Source: Nitrososphaeraceae archaeon (lineage in GTDB: Archaea > Thermoproteota > Nitrososphaeria > Nitrososphaerales > Nitrososphaeraceae). Taken from it: 55,526 bases of DNA. The stretch is taken from assembly GCA_035297365.1 (NCBI GenBank), contig DATGZA010000077.1, forward strand, positions 1 through 55,526. The letters are read 5' to 3'. Below the pieces are notes generated by a model. That model did not search any database. It saw only the letters and a program-made list of their open reading frames with translations, and had not been told where the DNA came from. How positions within the stretch are numbered: the stretch's first letter is position 1; each line of letters opens with the position of its first letter. The position numbers were made by a program, and so were the translations under genes. Positions 30,462 to 40,736 of this stretch are shown here, piece by piece.

Positions 30462-31532
30462 ATGGCAGAAAAAATTAAGGTTGCAATTGCTGGAGTTGGA
30501 AATTGCGCTTCAGCTCTTATCCAGGGGATTCATTATTACAAATCAATGAAAGAAAAGGATCCTACTGGTTTAACCGCATATAATTTGGCAGGTTATACTC
30601 CTGAAGATATTGAGTTTGTAGCAGCTTTTGATGTATCTGACACAAAGGTTGGATTGGATATATCTGAAGCTATTTTTTCTGAACCTAATAATGCCATGAA
30701 AATAATTTCACTGGATAGATTGGATGTAAAGGTAAATAAGGGAGAAGTATTGGATGGAGTAGGAAAACATCTTGCGGAGAAGATTCGTATTTCCGATATT
30801 CCTGTTGCAGACGTTTCTACTATCTTGAAGGATACGAACACCGATATACTTCTGAATTATCTGCCTGTAGGCAGTAGAGAAGCAACAAAGTTTTATGCAC
30901 AACAATGTTTGGATGCAAGAGTCTCATTCATAAATGCAATACCAGTTTTCATAGCATCAGAACCTCATTGGCAAACTGCATTTAAAGATAATAATGTTCT
31001 GTGTGCCGGTGATGATATAATGAGCCAAGTGGGTGCAACAGTTGTTCATAAAACCTTGGTCAAGCTTTTTATTGATAGAGGTGTCAAGGTAGACGATACT
31101 TATCAACTGAATATAGGTGGTGACATGGATTTTTACAACATGCTTGATGATGAACGGTTAGAGGATAAACGTATTAGTAAAACAAGTGCTGTAGAAGCAA
31201 TGTCTCCATATACTATTCCAATGAGAATAGGTCCTTCGGATTATGTTAGTTCTTTAAAGAATGATAAAATATGTTATATCAATATCCGAGGTAAAAAATT
31301 CGGAAATATTCCTATTGAATTAGACTTGAAATTAAGAGTAGCAGATGCCTACAATAGTGCAGGTATAATGATAGATGCAATAAGAGCTACTAAAATTGGC
31401 ATTGACAGAGGTTTATCTGGTTCACTTGAAAGTGTTTCGGCATATTGTTTTAAACATCCACCAATTCAAATGCCATATACAAAAGCAAAAGAAAACTTTC
31501 AAGAGTTTGTTAAAGGAAGAAAAGATATCTAA
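30462..31532 (+). CDS. ino1: myo-inositol-1-phosphate synthase
   Basis: GVGNCASALIQG, NYLPVGS, GDDIMSQVGAT, YQLNIGG, NSAG. Confidence 0.93.
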   Translation: MAEKIKVAIAGVGNCASALIQGIHYYKSMKEKDPTGLTAYNLAGYTPEDIEFVAAFDVSDTKVGLDISEAIFSEPNNAMKIISLDRLDVKVNKGEVLDGVGKHLAEKIRISDIPVADVSTILKDTNTDILLNYLPVGSREATKFYAQQCLDARVSFINAIPVFIASEPHWQTAFKDNNVLCAGDDIMSQVGATVVHKTLVKLFIDRGVKVDDTYQLNIGGDMDFYNMLDDERLEDKRISKTSAVEAMSPYTIPMRIGPSDYVSSLKNDKICYINIRGKKFGNIPIELDLKLRVADAYNSAGIMIDAIRATKIGIDRGLSGSLESVSAYCFKHPPIQMPYTKAKENFQEFVKGRKDI

Positions 31533-31726
31533 CTTAGTGGTATTTACAGTAGACTAAATCAATGATGGATTTGACAAACTCCAAACTCAAGATCTTCATC
31601 ATTTTTATTATCAGTAGGGCTAGTTTAATCATCGTTTGCCAAAATCCACACTATAAAATAAAATAAAAATTTAACTCATAAAACATATTTATTGAAATTA
31701 GTAAATTTTTTCAACTAAATTATTCA

Positions 31727-32506
31727 TTAATTTCGATCCTTATCAGACCTTGCGTCATTCCATAAATATTGAAAATAATCTTTTGCATAGCCAGCTAATC
31801 CAGGATGTTCTGCCCATATTGCTATTGGTTCAAAGTTACCTTTTTCTATTCTTTCTTCACCCAGTAAAATCAAGACATGTTTACCATCTCCAATGACTCC
31901 TCCTCCAAACATATTGTCCTTGATTCTGACATCAGCTATTCTGGAGATTGCCCTTACTATTTCTATATTGGTTCCTTCGGACACCAAGACTATTATTTTA
32001 ATTCCTTTGTCATGTAAGGTTCTAAGAAGTGGTTGTAATGGTTTGGCGATTTCCTGAGCGATCTGCGGTAAGGCTATTAGCAATTCCCTTTGACTGTTTT
32101 GAATTATCTCATTTACTTTACTAGCTATATTATAAAATCCTCTAACTACCCATATTTCTGGTTTTTCCTTAATTCCACTTTTTTCATATACGGGCATCAA
32201 TTCATTGTTAATAATTTCTTCATTGTATCTTATTTCATTCTCTTTCTGCAGTTTTATCGCTTCTAATGCTGTTGAAGGAGATTTAGGAAAAAATTTTTGA
32301 GGCCTAGAACTGTTTGATTCTAGCCAGACCTTATCCTGTAGGGAATTTAGTACTTCGTATATTTTTGAATAAGGCACACCTGATTTTTTAGAAATATCAG
32401 AAGCAGTTAAAGATCCATGTTCCAATAATGATAAATATACTTTAATTTCGTAACTTGTCAAGCCAATAGTCTCCATTGCTTTTCTTGACTTGTCACTTAT
32501 GTTCAT
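31727..32506 (-). CDS. TrmB-family transcriptional regulator
   Basis: GLTSYE.KVYLSLL, SGVPYSKIYEVL, RP HTH region; C-terminal effector domain ending FQYLW. Confidence 0.92.
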   Translation of the reverse strand: MNISDKSRKAMETIGLTSYEIKVYLSLLEHGSLTASDISKKSGVPYSKIYEVLNSLQDKVWLESNSSRPQKFFPKSPSTALEAIKLQKENEIRYNEEIINNELMPVYEKSGIKEKPEIWVVRGFYNIASKVNEIIQNSQRELLIALPQIAQEIAKPLQPLLRTLHDKGIKIIVLVSEGTNIEIVRAISRIADVRIKDNMFGGGVIGDGKHVLILLGEERIEKGNFEPIAIWAEHPGLAGYAKDYFQYLWNDARSDKDRN

Positions 32507-33365
32507 CCGATCAAATTTTTATTCATAGCGAGTAATATAAGTCTGTTCACATGCTAAAAAATGAAGTTACATATAGAAAAATTCGTATAATTATTGAGAT
32601 TAATAAACTGTATCTTTACTGGCTTTTGATACTGTATAACACTCTTTAGAATCTTAATTTCTCAATTTGATTTATAGATATTATTATTTTGTATTTCAAT
32701 AAATAATTGTCTAAAATTGATAATATGCATCATCAACTTTTAATCATATATATCGGCTAACTAAATTTCGTGTATTCAGTAATCATTGAAAGCATCGATT
32801 TTCAAGCATATTAAAAATTTTTATTTGAAACAATTTGTAAATGAATTTTTGCTCGTCAGTATGATTTATCAACTGTTATCTTGATGGGATATCGCATCCT
32901 TTCAGAAATGGAATAGTTTGTAGTGATAATGTTATATGAACAGATAGATATCTTTGTTCTAATTGTATATATATTGTTGATCACAATTTTGTTTATTAAT
33001 ACACTTTAATAAACACCAGATAATTCAGTTCCAGTTTCGAAATAGAGCCTTATTTTTCTATCCGGCTATTTTAGGAGCTAATTCAACTGAAGTTTTCAGT
33101 ATAGAGGGGTACATTCTTATGGGTAATATTTACGACACCGATTGAAAATTGATATCTTCTAGATTCATCAACTAACGAAGGAATAAAATTCTCTGTTATA
33201 AGACCACCTTTGTTCTGAAAATTGGATGCCAACCAGATTTCCAAATTACCGTCAAAATATCCTTCATTATATTAACCATTTCTTACCTGTTTACTCCCAA
33301 CTTGCTGGTAATCTATATAAGGAAAGTTTAATAACCCTGCGCATTTTTTTTTGTTATGTCTAAAT

Positions 33366-35567
33366 ATGCCTAAATTCAAATCAACACAAGATATTTTAAG
33401 GATTATTGATCATAAAGACCAAATCCGAAATTTTGGTGTTATTGCTCACGTCGACCATGGTAAAACGACCATGAGTGATAGTCTCTTAGCTGCATCTGGA
33501 ATAATTTCGCCTTCTATAGCAGGGCAAGCATTAGCTTTAGACTCTATGAAGCTAGAGCAAAATCGACAGATGACAATTAGAGGTGCCAATGTAACTTTAT
33601 TTTATGAGCATGAGGGAAAAGAATATGTCATTAATATGATAGATACTCCAGGACACATAGATTTTACTGGAAGAGTTACAAGAGCTCTTCGTGCCATAGA
33701 TGGTGTAGTTGTAGTGTCCGATTCAGTAGAAGGGATAATGACCCAGACTGAGACTGTAACAAGACAAGCATTAGAGGAAAGAGTTCGCCCCGTTCTATAT
33801 ATTAACAAAATTGATCGATTAGTAAAAGAATTACGTCTTGATCCTCCTGCAATGCAAAAATGGTTATCTAATATCATAGCAGAATTTAATAAGCTTGTAG
33901 ATATATATGCCGAACCTGAGCTGAAAGAAAAATGGAAAGTTAGTATCCAAGGAAATACTGTAGCCTTTGGTTCTGCAAAAGATAGATGGGGTTTTAACTT
34001 CAAAGTAGCACAGAAAAAAGGATTTAGTTTTAAAGATGTGTATGATGCCTATACTTCTGACGATCCCAATAGGATTAAATCTCTTTCTGAACGAGCTCCA
34101 CTTCATGAAGCAGTTCTTGGCATGGTAGTTCAACACCATCCTCCTCCACATGTAGCACAAAAATATAGGATTCCAAAGATTTGGTCAGGGGATCTTAATT
34201 CTGATATTGGAAAAGCATTAATAAATTGTGATGAAAACGGTCCTGCTGTCATGATGGTGACAACTATAAACGTAGATCCTCAGGCCGGTCGAATAGCAAC
34301 AGGCAGACTCTTTTCTGGAACTATTAAAGACGGAGATGAAGTTTACCTTATTGATGCAAAAAGATCAGGAAAAGTACAGTCTGTAAATATCTATATGGGC
34401 AATACTAGGGAAGTAGTAAGTGTATTACCCGCAGGTAATATTCCTGCACTTTTAGGTTTAGATTATGCTGTTGCTGGGGAAACTATTTCAAGTGTAAAAA
34501 ATAATATCGCATTTGAATCGATTAAATATGTTTCTGAGCCTGTAGTAACTATAGCAGTTGAACCAAAACATCCAAAAGATCTACCTAAACTTGTAGAAGC
34601 CCTTCGTAAAATAACTGTTGAGGATCCAAATCTTATAGTTAAGATAAATGAAGAGACAGGAGAAACACTAATGGCAGGAATGGGAGTTTTGCATTTAGAA
34701 ATTGCAACTTCTCTTTTACAAGAAGCAAATCTAGAAATTTCAACATCACAGCCTTTAATCAATTATAGAGAAACAATTCGTTCACCTGCAGGTCCTATAA
34801 TGAGTAAATCTCCAAATAGACATAACAAAATATTTATGCGTGTAGAGCCACTCGAGGAAAATGTAATCGAGATGATTAAAACTGGACAAATACGAGAAGA
34901 CATGGACAAAAAAGAACTTGCTAGGATCCTCAGAGAAAAAGGATGGAGTGCAGATCAAGCTAGGAATGTTAGCGCCATTGATCCATCTGGTAATATGTTG
35001 ATAGATGAAACTAAAGGTGTACAATTTATACAAGAATCTATGGATTCAATTAAATCTGGTTTTGACGATGTCGTACATTCTGGGGGTTTGGCGCATGAAA
35101 CGCTTCGTGGAGTCAAATTCATTCTTCATCACTTTGTTCCTCATGAAGATCCAGCTCATAGGGGTTTAGCTCAATTAATGCCTGCAACGAGGAGAGCAAT
35201 GTTGGGTTCAATGTTAATTGCGGACCCTGTTTTATTGGAACCAATATTGGGGATAGAAGTCAAATGCCCTCAAGAACAGATAGGGACTGTAGCAGGGATT
35301 CTCTCTGGAAGACGAGGAAAATTATTGAATGTTGATCAAAAAGGTGTCATTTCAATTATGCTAGGAGAAGTTCCCGCGTCCGAAACGTTTGATTTATCAG
35401 AAGCAATGCGAGGAGGAACGGCTGGAAAAGCTATGTGGAGTACATATTTCAAAAATTGGCAATCTGTTCCTCAATCAGTATTTAAAAATTTGGTGACCGA
35501 TATTAGGAAAAGAAAAGGTCTTAATCCAGAACCGCCAAATCCAGACGAATTTATAGATAAAGAATAG
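33366..35567 (+). CDS. fusA: Translation elongation factor aEF-2
   Basis: AHVDHGKTT, DTPGH, NKID, diphthamide loop HEDPAHRG; ATG at 33366 preferred over TTG at 33351. Confidence 0.98.
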   Translation: MPKFKSTQDILRIIDHKDQIRNFGVIAHVDHGKTTMSDSLLAASGIISPSIAGQALALDSMKLEQNRQMTIRGANVTLFYEHEGKEYVINMIDTPGHIDFTGRVTRALRAIDGVVVVSDSVEGIMTQTETVTRQALEERVRPVLYINKIDRLVKELRLDPPAMQKWLSNIIAEFNKLVDIYAEPELKEKWKVSIQGNTVAFGSAKDRWGFNFKVAQKKGFSFKDVYDAYTSDDPNRIKSLSERAPLHEAVLGMVVQHHPPPHVAQKYRIPKIWSGDLNSDIGKALINCDENGPAVMMVTTINVDPQAGRIATGRLFSGTIKDGDEVYLIDAKRSGKVQSVNIYMGNTREVVSVLPAGNIPALLGLDYAVAGETISSVKNNIAFESIKYVSEPVVTIAVEPKHPKDLPKLVEALRKITVEDPNLIVKINEETGETLMAGMGVLHLEIATSLLQEANLEISTSQPLINYRETIRSPAGPIMSKSPNRHNKIFMRVEPLEENVIEMIKTGQIREDMDKKELARILREKGWSADQARNVSAIDPSGNMLIDETKGVQFIQESMDSIKSGFDDVVHSGGLAHETLRGVKFILHHFVPHEDPAHRGLAQLMPATRRAMLGSMLIADPVLLEPILGIEVKCPQEQIGTVAGILSGRRGKLLNVDQKGVISIMLGEVPASETFDLSEAMRGGTAGKAMWSTYFKNWQSVPQSVFKNLVTDIRKRKGLNPEPPNPDEFIDKE

Positions 35568-35618
35568 ATCTTTTGAGCAATAGACAAACTTTAATCCATA
35601 TTCCTCTTTTCTTAACAA

Positions 35619-36152
35619 TTGTTATTAGATAGATTTTTTAAATCTCATGTTATAGGAATAACAGCAGTGTTTGGTAAGGTAAATACTAAGAATTGGAAAT
35701 GTGAATATGAAGATACAGTCTACAAAATATATGATTGGAATAATAATTTAGCTGGGTACTATTATCCAAAATATAATACTAATACAAAAAATGAAAGTCA
35801 AGTAGAAGAAATTATCATTAAAATGAAAGAATATAAGATGGAGGTTGAAGGAGGTCATTTAATGGTACCAATGCTTAAATTAGATCTGTTAGATGTTGAA
35901 TATATTCAATTAGATAAAACTATTTTGCAATTAGAAAAAAGTGTCAATAGAGCTATAGAATGGAAATCTTGGATAATAAATAACATGAGCAAATTTTATA
36001 TAAATGACTATTTCGTCTCAACTTCAAGGGAGGATAGAAATATGTTAGCTATAATTTTAGAAATTAATCAAAGAACAATCTTGGAAGAAAAAAAAATATT
36101 ATTAAGTATTACCCCTTTATTAAATCAATTAAATAATGATGGATTTCTCTAG
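35619..36152 (+). CDS. Hypothetical protein
   Basis: 177-aa ORF downstream of EF-2; start uncertain; no recognised motif. Confidence 0.65.
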   Translation: MLLDRFFKSHVIGITAVFGKVNTKNWKCEYEDTVYKIYDWNNNLAGYYYPKYNTNTKNESQVEEIIIKMKEYKMEVEGGHLMVPMLKLDLLDVEYIQLDKTILQLEKSVNRAIEWKSWIINNMSKFYINDYFVSTSREDRNMLAIILEINQRTILEEKKILLSITPLLNQLNNDGFL

Positions 36153-36247
36153 GGATAAAAGTTATCAATCAAGGGTACTATTTCTAAAAGAAGAATTTCG
36201 TGACATTAATAAAGATAATAAATATTTTTTATATCAAAGATAACTAA

Positions 36248-36634
36248 ATGAAAAATTCAATTGTGGTTAATTTTGCAGGAAATTTAGATTTAACAAGACA
36301 AATATATCAAATGTTAATCCTGGAGGTCATCAATATAAGTTCTCTTAAAAGTAAAGATATTGAAATCAGCGAAGATGAAACTAGTATTACAATCAGTACA
36401 GAGCCATCAAACTTGTTATTGATTAAGACCATTATTAAAAATAAACTAAATGAATGGTTTAAAGATCCAAAACTATTAGAATATAAAATAACTGAATTTG
36501 AGAATACAATTATTGTAGGAAAACCTATAAATCTAGAAAAATTAACTGATTTTTTATCGTGTGAGATATGCGGTTATAAGACTCTTTACGAAGAAGATCT
36601 ATTTATTCATAGATATACACATGCAGGATTATGA
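36248..36634 (+). CDS. Protein with C-terminal C2H2 zinc finger
   Basis: CEIC-x12-HRYTH, canonical C2H2 spacing. Confidence 0.75.
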   Translation: MKNSIVVNFAGNLDLTRQIYQMLILEVINISSLKSKDIEISEDETSITISTEPSNLLLIKTIIKNKLNEWFKDPKLLEYKITEFENTIIVGKPINLEKLTDFLSCEICGYKTLYEEDLFIHRYTHAGL

Positions 36635-36695
36635 TTTTTACTTTTGAAAAAAAGAGAATATAGTGAGGCTTATAAATTCTTAAAATATAAAATAA

Positions 36696-37214
36696 TTAAC
36701 TCAAAAGAATAAATTCACATCTCTTAAAAATTGTATTATAAATTAAAACAGAAGGTCCATTATTTGGTTCATCCTTTTGAAGATCCTGATGGGCACTACC
36801 TGGATTTAGCAATTGAGTTTTTCCTATTACCCTGTTATCTTTTTTATGCGTATGACCATAAATAAAAACATCGAATCTATTACCTAAAATTAGAGAATTA
36901 GTTAACTCAGTATTTGTACCATGGTAAATCCCTATTGAAAGATCATCCAAAATAATTTCCCCAAAATCCCATTTTATATTACCTCCGATTCGTTGAAAGT
37001 TATTGGCAAGTCCAATCTTTTCTCCATCATTATTTCCCAATACTCCTAGAAACTTTATATTTTTATTTAAGTTACCAAATTCAAGAACAATGCCAGGAAA
37101 TACATAATCCCCAGCATGGATTACATAGTCTACATTATGCTCGTTGAAAATTTTTATTGCCTTTTTGACATTACTAATATCGTCATGAGTATCAGATATT
37201 ACACCTATATTCAT
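36696..37214 (-). CDS. YfcE/MJ0936-type metallophosphoesterase
   Basis: SDTHD, HAGD, GNND, YHG, GHTH, NPGS. Confidence 0.93.
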   Translation of the reverse strand: MNIGVISDTHDDISNVKKAIKIFNEHNVDYVIHAGDYVFPGIVLEFGNLNKNIKFLGVLGNNDGEKIGLANNFQRIGGNIKWDFGEIILDDLSIGIYHGTNTELTNSLILGNRFDVFIYGHTHKKDNRVIGKTQLLNPGSAHQDLQKDEPNNGPSVLIYNTIFKRCEFILLS

Positions 37215-37335
37215 AATTATTATTGTGTTTTATCATGTTTTATTTGTTTTTTTATAAATATCTTTTAATATGGATAGCAAAAATATTCAATAAAAAAATT
37301 AAATATAATAACGATCAAAATTTCAAATAGGAAGA

Positions 37336-38037
37336 TTGTTTCTTATATTCTGTCTAGGTCAAACATTAATTGACGAATGGCAATTTATTCATTATATCGA
37401 TAAAAAGGTCATGGAACAGATCAATGGTTTTGGAGCTAGGATTGATTTTAGGAATTATCTGACCTTAAAAAACAATGTTATAAAAACTAGAAGAATTTTG
37501 AATGGAGAATTGAGACAAGTTATTATGGAAATATGCAAACTTATTCTGCCCCAAGGTTACGAAAAAATTATTTTAAACAGAATAGAATTAGAAATAACTG
37601 AAGGAGAAAAAAGATATTATCAGATATCTGAAGAGGTAAAGAAAGTTGTAGAAACCCTATCAAAAAATCATACTTTAGCAATGATGTCTAATAATTATTC
37701 AAACTTTTCCATCGAATTACTAAAAAAAGATCATTTGTATAATATATTTAAATTTATTGTTTTCCCGCCTGAATTAAATTCTACAATACCGGATGAAAGG
37801 TTGTTTTTATATATGATGAAAAAAGCTAATGTTACTGCTGCTGAATCTGTTGTAATAGGAGATAGGTTAGATACAGACATTTATCCAGCCAATAAAGTGG
37901 GAATAACAACAATTCGTATAACCGATTCTCTTTTTAATTTACAATCTCCCCAGAACGCTTGTGAAATACCCACCTATTCGGTTGCAAAACTGAAAGATAC
38001 AATAGAAATAATTGACGGCTTATATAAAAAGCTGTAG
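37336..38037 (+). CDS. HAD-superfamily protein with degenerate catalytic motifs
   Basis: FCLGQTL (motif I), MSN, IGDRLDTDI..A..VG. Confidence 0.8.
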   Translation: MFLIFCLGQTLIDEWQFIHYIDKKVMEQINGFGARIDFRNYLTLKNNVIKTRRILNGELRQVIMEICKLILPQGYEKIILNRIELEITEGEKRYYQISEEVKKVVETLSKNHTLAMMSNNYSNFSIELLKKDHLYNIFKFIVFPPELNSTIPDERLFLYMMKKANVTAAESVVIGDRLDTDIYPANKVGITTIRITDSLFNLQSPQNACEIPTYSVAKLKDTIEIIDGLYKKL

Positions 38038-38064
38038 TCTAACAATTTAGAAACTACAAAAAGA

Positions 38065-39165
38065 TTATGTAACTATTTCAGAGATTCTATTTTTTAGAAT
38101 AGCATGTTTTATCTCCATTGCAACCCTGCGTCCTACACCCATCGAGAAACCGTAATAATATTTAGTGTATGGACTTGTTGTTGCTAATATGGGATTTCCT
38201 GGAACTCGAAATGAAACATCATAAACATATATATCCAAATCTTTGGTAACAACACTTTGTAAGGAGAAAGGTCCAATTAAACCTGGAGGATATTCTTCTT
38301 TTAAGGTCCGTGAAAATTTATCTCCTAAATCAAATACCTTTTCTAGCATAGACTCACGTATGCTGGCGGGTGTATGTCCTATCTCTATATTTTGTAATTC
38401 GATGTCCAATTCCAATTGTTGTTTAGCAGTTAATGATGATGTGAAATCATGTAAATTGGTTTGTAATCTTCTTTCGATTCCCAAAAATTCTGTATCGTTA
38501 TTCAGTGGCGAATAGAAGAAATTAAAATTGAAATATGTTCCTATAATATATTCTTCAATTATTGCGTTTTCAACATCATATTTATCGATCAAGCCATTTT
38601 TTATCTTGTTTTCTGTTTTTTCTATATAATCGTCATAAGAGTGCACAAAATAAAATGCTCGCTCCAATTTTCTCTTTGCTTCTTGAACTTTTACAATAGA
38701 TAGACCTGAGATCTCTGAAGGATCTCGAAATATCTTTGGATGTTTAATATTAGATTTATTTAGTAAATAATATTGGTTTTTAGGATATGTTCTTTCTTCA
38801 GCCCTCAAAAGATTTCGATTGCCAAAAATAGGAATTAAAAAATTACCTTCAATGTTATCATATCCCAAATAGACTGAGAATGCCCTATGAGCTACCATTA
38901 TAACATTCAAATCTCGCAATTGTTTCTGGATTTCTTCATTCAATATATCTGCGAATTTATCTAATATCAGAACATCATTGGATATTCTTTTAAATCTCAA
39001 ATATGGTGTCTCTCTTCCTTTTTGACATATACAAACCGTTTTCATCGATTCATCGGTCGCACCATCCATAATTTCTAATGCAGAATGACTTCCAAGAACA
39101 CCTATCTTTATCTTTTTGTGATCATAATTTCCGACAATATCCATTATCCTTTTTCGATCAATCAT
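38065..39165 (-). CDS. purP: PurP-family FAICAR synthetase (ATP-grasp)
   Basis: GSHSALEI.DGA..E, FGNR.LLR.E, GH.P...RES, GPFSLQ, GRRVA.EI. Confidence 0.85.
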   Translation of the reverse strand: MIDRKRIMDIVGNYDHKKIKIGVLGSHSALEIMDGATDESMKTVCICQKGRETPYLRFKRISNDVLILDKFADILNEEIQKQLRDLNVIMVAHRAFSVYLGYDNIEGNFLIPIFGNRNLLRAEERTYPKNQYYLLNKSNIKHPKIFRDPSEISGLSIVKVQEAKRKLERAFYFVHSYDDYIEKTENKIKNGLIDKYDVENAIIEEYIIGTYFNFNFFYSPLNNDTEFLGIERRLQTNLHDFTSSLTAKQQLELDIELQNIEIGHTPASIRESMLEKVFDLGDKFSRTLKEEYPPGLIGPFSLQSVVTKDLDIYVYDVSFRVPGNPILATTSPYTKYYYGFSMGVGRRVAMEIKHAILKNRISEIVT

Positions 39166-39233
39166 TATGATGAAAAATTATTAGTGTTAGTACATTAAAA
39201 TGTTTTTTTAAAATTATAATTTAATTAAAATAA

Positions 39234-39557
39234 TTACGTTGTCTTATTCTTGTTAATTTCTTTCTCAATGGCTTCTTTCAGTTCCTCGTCATTTTTATTG
39301 GTATAATCTATTCCCAATGTTTCTGCTATTGATTCAAGCTTTTCTCTACCAACATTCGGATTTTCGTTTTTATACTTTTCCAGCTCTCTTTTTGCTTCTA
39401 ACTTGGCTTTCTCGAATTCAGCTTTGGCTTTCCCAAAAGATTTTGCTAATTCAGGAATTTTTTTAACTCCAAAGAACAAAACGACTATTATTATTATTAT
39501 AAATATCCATTCAACACCAATTGGAATCTGCATTAAAAAATTATCTGCAATTACCAT
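39234..39557 (-). CDS. tatA: Twin-arginine translocase TatA subunit
   Basis: TM helix followed by FGVKKIPELAKSFGKA..EF. Confidence 0.92.
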   Translation of the reverse strand: MVIADNFLMQIPIGVEWIFIIIIIVVLFFGVKKIPELAKSFGKAKAEFEKAKLEAKRELEKYKNENPNVGREKLESIAETLGIDYTNKNDEELKEAIEKEINKNKTT

Positions 39558-39702
39558 AATTTTTCATTATAGTGTAATATGAATAATAATTTAAGTGTTA
39601 AATTTGAATTAACAACTATTTTAATGATATTTCGATTATTTTATAAAAAAACAAAATCCAGCCAAAAAATAAGTATAAAATCCAGAATAAACAATAAACA
39701 TC

Positions 39703-40020
39703 ATGCAATATCACAAAGCAGCTCATCTAGGGCAAGAAAGATCAAGAAAGGCCCAAATGAAATTGTTTGACTATACTGGTTTTTCAATGCTTACATATAC
39801 CATAAAAACTGGATCATCATCATTTGAGCCGGTAGGAGAGGAGATGTTAGTGGGAGAATTGAATAATGGAGAAGAAATTATCATTTTCATATGTGATGGC
39901 GAAGGATTCGCAAAAGCACAGTCTAAACCAATGAGTCTCAATGAAGGAAAGAAAATTATAAAAAAAATGATTGATGATGGTATACATCCATACAAAGGAG
40001 AAATAAAGACTGTATCTTAA
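39703..40020 (+). CDS. Hypothetical protein
   Basis: 105-aa ORF with ATG start and an AT-rich promoter-like upstream region. Confidence 0.75.
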   Translation: MQYHKAAHLGQERSRKAQMKLFDYTGFSMLTYTIKTGSSSFEPVGEEMLVGELNNGEEIIIFICDGEGFAKAQSKPMSLNEGKKIIKKMIDDGIHPYKGEIKTVS

Positions 40021-40022
40021 AA

Positions 40023-40733
40023 TTATATTACTAGTTCTGTGCCCAAGATTTTTCCTTCAACAGTATTTTTGATATTTTCTGGTGAGGAAAGAATGACTCT
40101 AGTTTTAATTTTAGATCTTTCGATCACCTTTAGAGCTACAATGTCCATCAAATCATATTCGCCAGCCATCGAACTACTATTTAATAGCATATTCACACAA
40201 CTTCCTAAATCGATTTTCTCATAAAGTTTCGCATTTTGATTTTTCCTTGGATCCGAATCATAAATTCCTTCAACATCTGTCGCATTAATGAACTGGTTTG
40301 CTTTTATTTTTTCAGCTATAAGAGCAGATGTTGCGTTAGTACTTTGACCAGGATGCAATCCACCTGAGACTATTATTTTATTACTTTCCATAAAATTGCT
40401 TATATCATCTAATGATTTCGGAACATTTGGATAAACATGGTTTCCCAGCGATGAAATCAGTAATTTAGCATTCAATCGGGATACATCTATACCCATTAGG
40501 TCAAGACTGGATTCATCTAGACCCAATTTCCTGGCGGTATTAATATAAAACCTTGCAATTTGTCCACCACCAGTAACTACCACTGGTTGAACAATACTAC
40601 TAATATCAATAAGCATGGAACTATATTTTTTTAGAACTTCAATTTGGTCTTGATTGTTATCATTGTGAAATACGCTTCCACTTAATTTTATCACAACACG
40701 GTTTCTCTGGTAATTATGCATTGTTCCTTCCAT
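40023..40733 (-). CDS. pyrH: UMP kinase
   Basis: VIKLSGS, VTGGG.IAR.YI, PGQSTNA, TDVEGIYDSDP, GT. Confidence 0.95.
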   Translation of the reverse strand: MEGTMHNYQRNRVVIKLSGSVFHNDNNQDQIEVLKKYSSMLIDISSIVQPVVVTGGGQIARFYINTARKLGLDESSLDLMGIDVSRLNAKLLISSLGNHVYPNVPKSLDDISNFMESNKIIVSGGLHPGQSTNATSALIAEKIKANQFINATDVEGIYDSDPRKNQNAKLYEKIDLGSCVNMLLNSSSMAGEYDLMDIVALKVIERSKIKTRVILSSPENIKNTVEGKILGTELVI

Positions 40734-40736
40734 ATA

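Noticed and set aside
33366-35567. EF-2 outside the S12-S7 operon
   Set aside because: Common in TACK archaea; not novel
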